A DNA stretch of 32,000 nt from Candidatus Saccharimonadota bacterium (lineage in GTDB: Bacteria > Patescibacteriota > Saccharimonadia > Saccharimonadales > Saccharimonadaceae), in NCBI RefSeq assembly GCF_025273655.1, contig NZ_CP045921.1, positions 420,001-452,000 on the forward strand, read 5' to 3'. The notes below the pieces were generated by a model. It saw only the letters and a program-made list of their open reading frames with translations. It made no database searches and was not told the origin of the DNA. Made by a program: the position numbers and the translations under genes. Every line of letters begins with the position of its first letter. The first letter of the stretch is position 1. Below, one piece after another: positions 7,649 through 15,842 of the stretch.

Positions 7649-9139
7649 ATGTATCATCCCCCATCTAAACGAGTGCGATTTTGGCGACGGTTTACGGTCG
7701 TGTCCGTGATGGCTATTGCTGTGGTGTTCGGTGTCGCAGTTTTGACCGCGATGACACTAGGCTATGGTTTCAGTAAGAAAGATGGACGTATCGAACAGGG
7801 CGGCTTACTACAGATGAGCAGTACACCGACAGGCGCAGCTATCACTGTGAATGGTACACCGTTTGGCGCGCAAACGCCGACTAAGCTGGTGTCACAACCG
7901 GGTAATTATGCCTTGACGATGAAAAGACGGGGCTATCAGACGTGGCAAAAAACAGTTCCAATCCAGGCTGGCAATATCACATGGGTGGCCTACCCGCGGC
8001 TCATACCGGAGAAGATTGAGGCCGAGCATACACTCTCGTATCCGGCGACGACCACAAGTGCGTTGCCGTCTGCTTCGGCGAAACGTTATGCAGTGCTTAT
8101 GGCAGCAGATAAGCCGACCGTTTCAATAGCGACACTAGATAGCGATGAGCCAACAGCCAAGGAGTACACGTTGCCTGCCGAGATATATACGGCGCCAACT
8201 ACCGAAGCTCTGGGCTCAAGCTTTGAGATCGAGTCCTGGACCGGTGACGAGAAAAAGCTGCTACTCAAACATACATACGGTATGGACAGTAAAGTCGAAT
8301 GGATTGTGTTTAATGTCGATGCTCCTGCGGAATCGATTAATATCAATCGCTCACTTGGTATTGACGGCAGTGTGACGGTGCCCGAGTTTACCCGCAGTGA
8401 CGGCATGGAGCTCTATGCGATTGTCGACGGCTCTGTACGTGTATTAGATTTGAATGATCAGACATTGAGTCACCCACTTGTGGATCATGCGGTAGATTAT
8501 CGACTGTATGGTGATGAGTTTGTGCTATATGTCAAAGAACCCGTAGACAACCTGCAGGAGGTCGGATATGTGCGCAAGGATTACAAGCAGCCACGAGCAG
8601 TCAAGAAGGTTACGGCGGGCGCTGTGTCAGCGCAGTTTGACGTGGCAAAATACTATGACAAGTATTATTTCCTCATCTCACACGCACACGAAGCAGAGCT
8701 TCTCTCTAGTGCAAGCCTACCGGACGACACTACATCAAAGCTCACGCTCAAGCATGCACAGACATTGACACTCGATAATGATGTGATTGACGCGAACCTC
8801 ACCGACAATGGGCAATTTGCTACGATCCAAGACGGCACCAGCTTCTCGACATTTAATCTCGAGATTATGAAACTGACCAAATCAGAGCTCGTGCATGGTA
8901 GTTCGGCAGTGCCGCAGAAACTTAAATACCTCGACGGCTACTTGCTCTGGGGAAGCAACGACGGCAAGCTACGCACTTACGAATTCGACGGTGAAAACCA
9001 GCACGATATTATGCCGCTGCTCCCCACTCTTGGTGCGACACTGAGTCCATCTGGTAAATATTTGTACGGTTTTGCACAAGTGGATGACAAGACCATCGCC
9101 CTGACGCGAGTGCAATTACTCGATATCAAAACAGACTAA
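7649..9139 (+). CDS. PEGA domain-containing membrane-anchored protein with a C-terminal beta-propeller-like region
   Basis: N-terminal TM helix. PEGA-type segment LQMSSTPTGAAITVNGTPFGAQTPTKLVSQPGNYALTMKRRGYQTWQKTV. The C-terminus has TolB/WD40-like repeats (SPSGKYLYGF). Confidence 0.75.
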   Translation: MYHPPSKRVRFWRRFTVVSVMAIAVVFGVAVLTAMTLGYGFSKKDGRIEQGGLLQMSSTPTGAAITVNGTPFGAQTPTKLVSQPGNYALTMKRRGYQTWQKTVPIQAGNITWVAYPRLIPEKIEAEHTLSYPATTTSALPSASAKRYAVLMAADKPTVSIATLDSDEPTAKEYTLPAEIYTAPTTEALGSSFEIESWTGDEKKLLLKHTYGMDSKVEWIVFNVDAPAESININRSLGIDGSVTVPEFTRSDGMELYAIVDGSVRVLDLNDQTLSHPLVDHAVDYRLYGDEFVLYVKEPVDNLQEVGYVRKDYKQPRAVKKVTAGAVSAQFDVAKYYDKYYFLISHAHEAELLSSASLPDDTTSKLTLKHAQTLTLDNDVIDANLTDNGQFATIQDGTSFSTFNLEIMKLTKSELVHGSSAVPQKLKYLDGYLLWGSNDGKLRTYEFDGENQHDIMPLLPTLGATLSPSGKYLYGFAQVDDKTIALTRVQLLDIKTD

Positions 9140-10396
9140 TTACTGAGCGCCAAATAGTCGCTCGAGTAATGTTGGAGAGGTGCCGGTAATCTCTGTAGTC
9201 GTGTTGGCGGGTGCCTGTGTCTCGGCTGGCTTGGTAGCGCCGGCTGGATCTGGGCTCACTTGCTTGGCAAACACGAGCAGGCGTTTTTGTGCTGTGCCGA
9301 GCGGCGTACAGGTGATGAGGGTGATAACAGGATCGGTACCCGTGTAGTTGAGGGCATTGATTTCGGTTGGGGCCACGACTTTGATGTCGTAGACTTTGTA
9401 GGTATAGCGCTTAGAATTGTAGTTGATATACACGACATCGTCGATTGCTAAGCGTTCGAGCTGGACGAAGATAAATTTGTATGCGCCACTGTCGGTCCAA
9501 TCACTGCTAGAGTGTGCCGAGAAGACGCTGTTGCCTACTTCGCCGGGAACGCTTGATGCGCCTGGATATCGCACGTGTGCGATGCCGTTGCTCATAGCTT
9601 CAAGTTGCTCTGTGTTGCTAGGCCCGACATTCATGACGATGGGGGCATCGACATTGATCTTGGGGATAATCATTTTGGTGTCCGAACCCACAGGTACATC
9701 GGCGTTTGGGTCGACGATGATGTTTTGGGGTTCAATCGCGCTAGGCGAAACGTACGCTTTGACGTTGGCGATGAGAACTTGATTGTACTGCAGTAGCGCA
9801 AACACTATAACGACGCTGAGAGCTGCAGCTATGGGAATAAAATGACGGCTGCGACGGACTTTGTGTGCCCTGCTTGAGGCCTGGTTGATAATGTTTTGAC
9901 GCAGTTCGTAGAGTGCTTCGTCGCGTGTCAGCACGCCATCGTCGTCTGGTTTAGTGGTAGTGTTTGGCTCATCGGACGATGAGGTATCGCTAAAGTTGTT
10001 GCTGAGCTTTTGTTTGACGGCACTCACATAGTACTGCTCATAGTATTTCTGATAGTACTGCTGCCAGGCACTGTGGTATTTCTTCCACTCGTCTGCCTGG
10101 GCGAGGCTCGGACTACCGTGCGTTTTGTCATACGGATCTGTCGAGTTGTCAGCCGATGCCATGGCTTGGCCGGCTTGTGCTTTGGTTTGCTGCGACGTAT
10201 CGGCGCTGACCACTGGAGTAGTGTGTGGCGTATTTTGGTCGGAATTACCAGCATAGATAGCGTCAAGTTCACCGCGAAGGATATCTGCAGCTGCTTCTCG
10301 GTGCTTGTCGCGCAGCGGCACGTGTACGCCAGCAGCATCCCTGGTGGGTACAGGAGTTGAACCTCTCGAAGCCGGTTGTTGTGAACGTGGATCCAT
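9140..10396 (-). CDS. Sortase family transpeptidase with a long disordered N-terminal region
   Basis: One TM helix, then the catalytic domain IPKINVDAPIV...GNSVFSAHSS...ITLITCTP (TLxTC Cys motif)...RLLVFA. Confidence 0.85.
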   Translation of the reverse strand: MDPRSQQPASRGSTPVPTRDAAGVHVPLRDKHREAAADILRGELDAIYAGNSDQNTPHTTPVVSADTSQQTKAQAGQAMASADNSTDPYDKTHGSPSLAQADEWKKYHSAWQQYYQKYYEQYYVSAVKQKLSNNFSDTSSSDEPNTTTKPDDDGVLTRDEALYELRQNIINQASSRAHKVRRSRHFIPIAAALSVVIVFALLQYNQVLIANVKAYVSPSAIEPQNIIVDPNADVPVGSDTKMIIPKINVDAPIVMNVGPSNTEQLEAMSNGIAHVRYPGASSVPGEVGNSVFSAHSSSDWTDSGAYKFIFVQLERLAIDDVVYINYNSKRYTYKVYDIKVVAPTEINALNYTGTDPVITLITCTPLGTAQKRLLVFAKQVSPDPAGATKPAETQAPANTTTEITGTSPTLLERLFGAQ

Positions 10397-10468
10397 ACTA
10401 GTGTTTTACCTGTTTTTAGTATACAATACTTGATGAGTCAGAGAAAGGTATGGGTACCTTTTGATTAT

Positions 10469-10555
10469 GCCGCGGTGGTGGAATTGGTAGACACGCCGGA
10501 CTCAAAATCCTGTGAGCATTAGCTCGTGCCGGTTCAAGTCCGGCCCGCGGTACCA
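10469..10555 (+). tRNA. tRNA-Leu (anticodon CAA), class II with long variable arm, CCA encoded
   Basis: GCCGCGGTGGTGGAATTGGTAGACACGCCGGACTCAAAATCCTGTGAGCATTAGCTCGTGCCGGTTCAAGTCCGGCCCGCGGTACCA. Anticodon loop CTCAAAA. T arm GCCGG-TTCAAGT-CCGGC. Acceptor GCCGCGG/CCGCGGT. Confidence 0.9.
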
Positions 10556-10573
10556 TACAAGCAACCAGAAAAG

Positions 10574-10598
10574 ATCACGCATGTCCGTGATTTTTTTA
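10574..10598 (+). terminator. Rho-independent terminator after tRNA-Leu
   Basis: ATCACG-catgtc-CGTGAT is followed by a T7 run. Confidence 0.6.
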
Positions 10599-10615
10599 TT
10601 GTCGATAGTCTGATT

Positions 10616-11650
10616 TCATATATAAAGATGGTAGAGGAGACGATCTTCAATGCGCATAGTGGCGTCATGTGTGCGAGATTTTGTCTGTCCTACGAGTTGA
10701 CCAGCTAGGTATCTAGCTTGATTTGAACGCTGCAATACCTGGATTGCAGTGACTTTGTCGTGAGCGAAGAGGTTTGAAGCTCGCTTCTTGGTGGTAGTTC
10801 GCGGGCTTTCCTGGAGAAAATGCGCAGAGATAAGCCCCGGCCAGGAGGCTTGTATTTCCATAGATTTGTTAGGAACTCGGCGAGCTCTTTTGACATTGTC
10901 GAGATCGATTCTGCCGTCTACGACCATCACATAGCGAGGGTCGTATCTTGCCGTGTCCCCATCAGTTGCCTGTGTCTTAACTTGGATGCCATACGCATGA
11001 TCTTCTCGGAGGTCAAGCGCTATGAGATCCATGTTTTTTTGATGAGAATTGCTCGACTCAAACTGCAGAGGGGCTGGCAATATGGCAATATGAGGATATT
11101 TTTTAGTGATTCCAAGCGCAGCAACATATGTATCGGCTTCTGTCATCTCTCCATCGGTTCTTCGTCCCTCCTCCCCTGCGATATAGGCAGAGTAGCCAAT
11201 GGTATTTACCGCATCGGTACGCTCTTTCATTTCGTGCACTGTTCTTACGGCAACTTGCATCTGAGCTTCATGCACGACGTCTCTATGAATATGCGTATTA
11301 CCACTTAAAACGCTATGCCAGATGCCTAATGAAGCCGCCGCTAGACTGTGGAACCCAAGAGATTGAAGAACTCGCCAATTTTCATCTGTTTCGACTACTG
11401 TGTCGAGAGTTTCGGCTGTTTGAAGTGAATGCATGAGGGCATTGAGCGCACGAGTGTAGCCTTGGACAAGTTTTGTTGCGCGCTCTGTGGTTGGTGTTTC
11501 ACCGGCAAGCAGCGCGTGGAGCTCCGCTCCGAAGTGTAGTGACCAGTCTGCTGCTGGTTGCAGCGCGTTTCTGATCTCCGGTGACGCTCCTACAAAAGGC
11601 TGTACAGTCTCAGGATAGGCGTCGACAAAACGTTTACTTCGCATAGACAC
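10616..11650 (-). CDS. Hypothetical protein with a putative C-terminal PD-(D/E)xK-like nuclease core
   Basis: 344 aa with a helical N-half. The C-half has the ordered pattern E (GEMTEADTYVAAL helix), beta strand HIAILPAP, NMDLIALD, and then YGIQVKTQ (a QxK variant of ExK). This was assigned by eye only. Confidence 0.45.
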   Translation of the reverse strand: MSMRSKRFVDAYPETVQPFVGASPEIRNALQPAADWSLHFGAELHALLAGETPTTERATKLVQGYTRALNALMHSLQTAETLDTVVETDENWRVLQSLGFHSLAAASLGIWHSVLSGNTHIHRDVVHEAQMQVAVRTVHEMKERTDAVNTIGYSAYIAGEEGRRTDGEMTEADTYVAALGITKKYPHIAILPAPLQFESSNSHQKNMDLIALDLREDHAYGIQVKTQATDGDTARYDPRYVMVVDGRIDLDNVKRARRVPNKSMEIQASWPGLISAHFLQESPRTTTKKRASNLFAHDKVTAIQVLQRSNQARYLAGQLVGQTKSRTHDATMRIEDRLLYHLYI

Positions 11651-11683
11651 ATGCTACTACAGTACAATGTAAAGGCAAATCGT

Positions 11684-12472
11684 TTATGTCTGTATGCTGC
11701 TCGCTAATGCCTCGAGCGGCTTGGAGTGCCAGAGTAGATAGCTTGCTGCTCGTGCAGCGGTATGGCCTCGCCATATGGCCATGGGACTATCCCATCTCTG
11801 TGTAACTACCTGTCCATCATGAGCAATCACCAATTGTCCCTGGTGCAGCGTCAGTACGGTGATTGGATAGCTGAGTGTGAACTTATGCAGATTTTCGACC
11901 AGTTGGGCAAGTTGCATGCTAAATGTCAGGATTTTGGGGTAGTAGACGTCTTGAAATAATTTTTGTAGCTGAGCAAATGACAGTACATAGAGAGTGTGCT
12001 CGCGCTCAACCATAACCGGTGCACTGCGTCGTACAAGATCTACTGCGTCACGTGTGAGGGTGATCCAGCCGGTATAGCTTGCGATGAAATCATCGTATAC
12101 AACTGTAGTCTCGCTACTTTTGCCGGCGTCGCCGACGAGCAGTACGCCTGTGCTCCAGGCGCCGAGAGCCTGCATGTCACCAAGCGCGCCTTTGCTGAGG
12201 CTGCCCGATATATTGTTTGGTGCGAATACGGCGTCGGTAATACTGGCTGGGATAGCGCGACGCAAGATATCCGGCAAGAGCACCCGTACTTCCCCCGCCC
12301 AGGCATCGTATGCCGTACTATATGCTTCGGCTACGCCAGCAAACCCCAGCTTGTTGCCGCCAATCACACCGAGCCGGCCCCGTAAGTTTCGCTGCTCGGG
12401 GCGATTCCACTCGACGTTTGGGTAGAGCGGCTTGCTGGGCTCTTGGACGTGCCAATATGGGAATTGTTGCAT
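11684..12472 (-). CDS. Divergent YjeF_C / carbohydrate-kinase-like (NAD(P)HX-dehydratase-like) protein
   Basis: GVIGGNKLGFAGVAEAYSTA, LLVGDAGK and VLTLHQGQLVIAHDG align in order with the GGSxxxxGA, GPGLG and VLKG blocks of YxkO/Nnr C-terminal domains. The terminal GxGD motif is not recognisable. Confidence 0.4.
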   Translation of the reverse strand: MQQFPYWHVQEPSKPLYPNVEWNRPEQRNLRGRLGVIGGNKLGFAGVAEAYSTAYDAWAGEVRVLLPDILRRAIPASITDAVFAPNNISGSLSKGALGDMQALGAWSTGVLLVGDAGKSSETTVVYDDFIASYTGWITLTRDAVDLVRRSAPVMVEREHTLYVLSFAQLQKLFQDVYYPKILTFSMQLAQLVENLHKFTLSYPITVLTLHQGQLVIAHDGQVVTQRWDSPMAIWRGHTAARAASYLLWHSKPLEALASSIQT

Positions 12473-12514
12473 AGTCCTACTATAGCAGTTATCTGAGACA
12501 AGGTCAGATGCAGG

Positions 12515-12943
12515 CTACAGCTGCACAATCGTCACGCGGTGAGGCCATGATGATGAGCCGAGCCAGTGGACACTGATATCGTGTGAGCCCGCTGGAAGTT
12601 GAATCATACCTGTTGCGCTGTCAAACCCAATGTTTTGCGACGGCGCTTTGCTCACGGTATATGTCACGGTATGAGCCTCACGTGTGAAACGCGAAATATT
12701 GGGTGAGACGTCGGTAGCGGTGACAGCGACTGGGATGTTGTCAACGAGAAGTGTCACGCCGGTAGGCTGGTCGCCATTAATAGTGCGATTCAATGGAGTC
12801 GTGTTCCAAACCGCAAGATCGATTTCAATTGTGTCACCCGCCTCGTATTGACTGTGCCAGCCAGACGACACAAGTGGCAATGGTAGCCAGTATGGCACGA
12901 TAAACACTACGACAAGAGTAAGGACGATGTACAGCTTTTTCAT
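12515..12943 (-). CDS. Small secreted/membrane-anchored hypothetical protein (142 aa)
   Basis: N-terminal hydrophobic signal/anchor MKKLYIVLTLVVVFIVPYW followed by a beta-rich sequence. Confidence 0.6.
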   Translation of the reverse strand: MKKLYIVLTLVVVFIVPYWLPLPLVSSGWHSQYEAGDTIEIDLAVWNTTPLNRTINGDQPTGVTLLVDNIPVAVTATDVSPNISRFTREAHTVTYTVSKAPSQNIGFDSATGMIQLPAGSHDISVHWLGSSSWPHRVTIVQL

Positions 12944-12954
12944 AGCATGTACTG

Positions 12955-13884
12955 CTATTCGCTAAAACCGTTGATAGCAAATGCAGCGAGCACTACCAAC
13001 ATACCGAGTCCCGCCAATACGACGAAGATGAGAAATGCGAAGTACGCAATTGTCACCCCGTGTGGTGACGGCTTGCGCACTCCGGCGGCGTCGTATGCGG
13101 TAAACTGACGCAAAAGAATGCCTCTAACGCCTGTATCGATAAGCACGGAGATGAGTCCGAGTGTAATAAGGTTGAAGAGGCCATACGATGCGACGGTCGT
13201 AAACCAGCCGCCTTTGGTGATACGGGTACTATGTGCCAGTGCGTCGCTGGCTTTCATGTTTTGGGCAAAAAACGCAGTGCCCGCTAGCGAGTAGCGCACC
13301 GCCATGATGATGCCTGGGACAATAAGCAGGAGTGACCATAGGAATACTTTGACTACGATAAGTACTTGAAGCCAGAGATAGCTGCCAAATCTACTAAACA
13401 AGACGGAACATGCTTCCCCGAAGCTCACTGGTTTTTGGTTGGCCACGGCTGCTGCGCTGACGTCACGCAGACCGGTAAAGATCGCGGAGACGAGGAAACC
13501 TATGACAATAGCAACGAATGCAATGCCGCCGACCACTGCGACGAGTGCGATAATCTGTTCTGGAGATAAGCTGGGCGAAGCGACAGGCTCGGCGGGCGTA
13601 GGTGTAGGCTCAGGCCGATAGGGACCGTGATCAAATGCTGCGGGAATGGCATTACCGAAGATGCCGAATAGCGACAAGACGAGCATGATGATCGCGAGTA
13701 CCTTGGCATACTTGAATAGCCCATCGATGCCACTTGCGGCGATAGTAAAAGGATTATTTTCGTAGGCAACTATCGTCTGCTTCTCGGTTGGCGGCAATGG
13801 CTGGCCGGTCTTGCTTTTATGCGCATGTGGAGCGGTTTTCTTGTGCGTAGTAGGTTTAAACTCTGGTGGCGTAGGCTGTGCCAT
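12955..13884 (-). CDS. Multi-pass integral membrane protein, hypothetical
   Basis: At least 5 hydrophobic helices. I prefer the ATG at 13884 (MAQPTPPEF), which has an AAAGGA SD 6 nt upstream, over the GTG at 13923 used in the track; that GTG overlaps a TATACT box. Confidence 0.6.
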   Translation of the reverse strand: MAQPTPPEFKPTTHKKTAPHAHKSKTGQPLPPTEKQTIVAYENNPFTIAASGIDGLFKYAKVLAIIMLVLSLFGIFGNAIPAAFDHGPYRPEPTPTPAEPVASPSLSPEQIIALVAVVGGIAFVAIVIGFLVSAIFTGLRDVSAAAVANQKPVSFGEACSVLFSRFGSYLWLQVLIVVKVFLWSLLLIVPGIIMAVRYSLAGTAFFAQNMKASDALAHSTRITKGGWFTTVASYGLFNLITLGLISVLIDTGVRGILLRQFTAYDAAGVRKPSPHGVTIAYFAFLIFVVLAGLGMLVVLAAFAINGFSE

Positions 13885-13926
13885 GAGATGTCCTTTGCTT
13901 ATGGTTTGCTTGTAGTATACCACTCC

Positions 13927-14721
13927 TTAGGCTATTTCAATACTCACCGGACAGTGATCCGAGCCCATTTGTGAGGCGTGAATTTCTGCACTTTTGATGC
14001 GAGGCTGCAAAGTTTTGCTTGCGAGCCAATAATCGATCCGCCACCCGACGTTGCGCGCGCGGGCATTGGCCCAGTGTGTCCACCAGCTATAATGACCGTT
14101 CCCCTGTGTGAAGATACGGAATGTGTCGACGAATCCTGCATCGAGAAAGTGCTGAAATCCCTCGCGTTCCTCGCTGGTAAACCCGTGCTTACCGACGTTT
14201 GGTTTGGGATTTGCCAAGTCATCCTCGGTATGGGCTACGTTGAGATCACCGCAGAAAAGTACCGGTTTTTTCTCCTCTAGGCGCTGCATGTAGGCGAGCC
14301 AGGCTTTGTCCCAGTGCTGATGACGAAGTTCAAGCCTGGACAAATCACCTTTGGAGTTAGGCGTGTAGACTGTCGCCACGATGAAATCTGGAAACTCGGC
14401 GGCAATCACCCTGCCTTCTCGGTTGGCATCACCATAGGTATCGCCACGCACGTCGTATTTTTCTAGGATATCATCTGGAAAACCATACCAGACATTCAGC
14501 GGCTCAATCTTCGAGAAGATTGCCGTGCCGCTATAGCCCGCCTTGTCGGCACTATTCCAGTATTCGTGGTAATCCGGCAGGTCAATCTCTACTTGCTCTT
14601 GTTTAGCTTTAGTTTCTTGCATACACAGTATATCTGGTTGGTGCGTGTCGATGAATTTGGCAAATTCGCCTTTGTTGATCACGGCTCGGATACCATTGAC
14701 GTTCCAGGAGTAAAGCTTCAT
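13927..14721 (-). CDS. xth: Exodeoxyribonuclease III (AP endonuclease)
   Basis: MKLYSWNVNGIRAV...ILCMQETK...WSYR-type motifs...SDHCPV. Start placed at the second ATG (14721). A TATACT box at 14730-14735 (minus) lies 8 nt upstream, suggesting a leaderless mRNA. Confidence 0.92.
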   Translation of the reverse strand: MKLYSWNVNGIRAVINKGEFAKFIDTHQPDILCMQETKAKQEQVEIDLPDYHEYWNSADKAGYSGTAIFSKIEPLNVWYGFPDDILEKYDVRGDTYGDANREGRVIAAEFPDFIVATVYTPNSKGDLSRLELRHQHWDKAWLAYMQRLEEKKPVLFCGDLNVAHTEDDLANPKPNVGKHGFTSEEREGFQHFLDAGFVDTFRIFTQGNGHYSWWTHWANARARNVGWRIDYWLASKTLQPRIKSAEIHASQMGSDHCPVSIEIA

Positions 14722-14754
14722 ATGCATTTAGTATAACATTGATACCACATACTA

Positions 14755-14783
14755 TTGAAAAATTTATGTCAAGGATGTATACT
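14755..14783 (+). promoter_or_regulatory. Sigma70-type promoter (TTGAAA-17 nt-TATACT)
   Basis: -35 at 14755-14760 and -10 at 14778-14783 with a 17-nt spacer. It drives ORF 14833-15201. Confidence 0.5.
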
Positions 14784-14832
14784 AAACAAGTTCGTGGTTA
14801 GAGCGAACACAGCAGATCCCTTACTAGGAGGC

Positions 14833-15201
14833 ATGTTGCATCAGGCAACCTTCGCCGTCATTGGCGAACAATCAACAGGCAATCTTCAGGAGCTCGCAGT
14901 AACATGCAAGCATCCGACGACACTTCGGCATTGCGACGAGGAAACACGCACTCTCCGAATCGCCATCCTCGAGGATGGGCGACGTACCGAGTGCGAGGTG
15001 CTACTCAGTCCGAGAACACACTCGCGCATGAACGAGAGAGAGCAGCTGATGGTGTCCATCCAGGACGACGAGGGTCTCATGTCGGCGCTGATCGACGTGA
15101 AGCCGGGCGCACCACATCTGGTTCACCTCTTTCATCGGCATGGTGAGCGGCTCAAGGCGCGCGCAGCCATGATGTCTACTCGCCGCAGCACCGCTGCCTG
15201 A
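14833..15201 (+). CDS. Hypothetical protein (~122 aa)
   Basis: The codon pattern looks coding. AGGAGG at 14826-14831 is very close to the ATG at 14833, so the TTG at 14836 is an alternative start. The track's longer start at 14755 would overlap the promoter. Confidence 0.5.
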   Translation: MLHQATFAVIGEQSTGNLQELAVTCKHPTTLRHCDEETRTLRIAILEDGRRTECEVLLSPRTHSRMNEREQLMVSIQDDEGLMSALIDVKPGAPHLVHLFHRHGERLKARAAMMSTRRSTAA

Positions 15202-15218
15202 CGCTCTACCCGGACGTT

Positions 15219-15275
15219 GGCGTCCGCTCTGCACTCTTCGTGAGTGCAAGAGCGGACGCCTCGTTCATTTTTCTA
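15219..15275 (+). terminator. Rho-independent terminator
   Basis: GGCGTCCGCTCTGCACTC (15219-15236) pairs with GAGTGCAAGAGCGGACGCC (15242-15260, one bulged A), followed by TCGTTCATTTTTC. Confidence 0.65.
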
Positions 15276-15312
15276 AGTATATAAAATTTGTATATGCATA
15301 ATATTTATGCTA

Positions 15313-15341
15313 TTGACACAAGATTGAGGGCTAGCTATAAT
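15313..15341 (+). promoter_or_regulatory. Perfect-consensus sigma70 promoter (TTGACA-17 nt-TATAAT)
   Basis: -35 at 15313-15318 and -10 at 15336-15341 with an exact 17-nt spacer. Confidence 0.65.
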
Positions 15342-15397
15342 CAGTAAACGTGTTTTGTTCCGATGAACTCATCCCGAGTTCACGACGAAAGGAAGTT

Positions 15398-15778
15398 ATG
15401 TCGGATACACAACAACGTCTCGCTGTAATTGGCGGTGTCGAGAGTGCACTGAAGCGTTTGGCGCATATTAGCCCTAACGCGGCTGAGCACTCGATGATCC
15501 CAGTACGGGCTGATATCACGGTGTCGCTGGAACAGTTCGGTGCCGAAACTCCGAATGCAACTCTCTGCCTTAGGGGCTCTGTCGTCAAAGTGACGAAGGT
15601 TGACACACAAGGAAACCCCGCGTTGTTCAGCGTTCATAAGGATACCGGGAGGGGCAATTCGGCTCCGCTTGCGGTTATTAAACCCGCCAAGCCGAGGGGC
15701 TACACCCACAAAGTTGAGTTCTCCGACGCGGCCCTGCGTCATGGCGTGGTCGTACTGCACCCTGCTGAAGAGGCCTAA
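15398..15778 (+). CDS. Hypothetical protein (126 aa)
   Basis: ATG at 15398 with an AAAGGA SD 4 nt upstream. Codons are G-rich at the first position. There is a ~50-nt leader with a GAACTC/GAGTTC hairpin. No family recognised. Confidence 0.55.
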   Translation: MSDTQQRLAVIGGVESALKRLAHISPNAAEHSMIPVRADITVSLEQFGAETPNATLCLRGSVVKVTKVDTQGNPALFSVHKDTGRGNSAPLAVIKPAKPRGYTHKVEFSDAALRHGVVVLHPAEEA

Positions 15779-15810
15779 AGCCCCTCCCTTTACAGGGCGA
15801 GATGAATATA

Positions 15811-15842
15811 CCCACGACGGATAACGTCGTGGGTTCTCTCTT
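15811..15842. terminator. Shared hairpin terminator between ORF 15398-15778 and convergent smpB
   Basis: CCCACGACG-gataa-CGTCGTGGG (9 bp perfect) is followed by TTCTCTCTT on the plus strand. Confidence 0.6.

Noticed and set aside
14755-14832. N-terminally extended starts used in the ORF track (14755, 15350, 18232, 25840, 26858, 30335, 13923, 14727, 30328)
   Set aside because: The extensions overlap promoter -35/-10 boxes or run antisense into neighbouring genes. Conserved protein N-termini (xth MKLYSWNVNG, pyrH MYKRVLVKLSG, msrA GGCFWC, MBL MKLTKY) begin at the internal start, which has an SD or a leaderless -10 box.
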